64,000 bases of DNA, taken from the NCBI RefSeq assembly GCF_009914755.1, contig NC_060925.1; one strand, written 5' to 3'. This DNA comes from the human T2T-CHM13v2.0 reference genome, Homo sapiens. Every line of letters starts with the position of its first letter. The first letter of the stretch is position 1. Below the pieces are notes generated by a model. It searched no databases, was not told the DNA's origin, and saw only the letters and a program-made list of their open reading frames with translations. Shown piece after piece: positions 63,701 through 64,000 of the stretch. The translations under genes and the position numbers were made by a program.

Positions 63701-64000
63701 AAATGAGGAGGATGACTAGCAACAATATCCTGGGTTTCTGGGGCGATTCAATACATTGTATACCATAAGACTCATGATTGCATTGGCTACCAGGACTGTT
63801 GGTGGCATTGTCCATCAGTTACACCATCCCCTCTAGGCTCCACAGGAGAAATGGCTTTCAGGCCATGATGTCTGGAAAATAGATGTTAAACAAGCAACAG
63901 TTACCATAAATTGATTGTGTTTTCCTCTTTGCTTTGGCTACTAGGAAGCTCAGTGAAATTGCTCAAAGTATATAGGCCTCCCTGGTCTCATCTTATTTTT

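Overview
This is primate (human-like; AluY present) repeat-rich non-coding DNA. I found no protein-coding exon I can support and do not assign a locus or gene name. The window is mostly Alu, MIR, L2, old L1ME, MaLR/ERV LTRs and hAT/Tc2 MITEs, with several repeat-free islands that look like enhancers. Main structures: (1) a 402-bp, ~97% identical inverted duplication (52311-52712 / 54382-54783) around a 1.67-kb spacer; (2) an internally deleted two-LTR ERVL provirus (24486-29351) with a Leu PBS, gag/protease remnants, a CTCF motif in each LTR and an expanded minisatellite in the 5' LTR; (3) an LTR8 fragment that appears to have been retroposed by L1 (polyA tail plus TSD, 15453-15965); (4) a 3'-truncated U6 retrocopy; (5) a putative + strand promoter and first exon at ~31.7-31.9 kb, downstream of which LTR/L1 insertions become uniformly antisense. 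Repeat subfamily names come from recalled consensus sequences and need RepeatMasker/Dfam confirmation. Nothing here demonstrably amounts to a new biological system.
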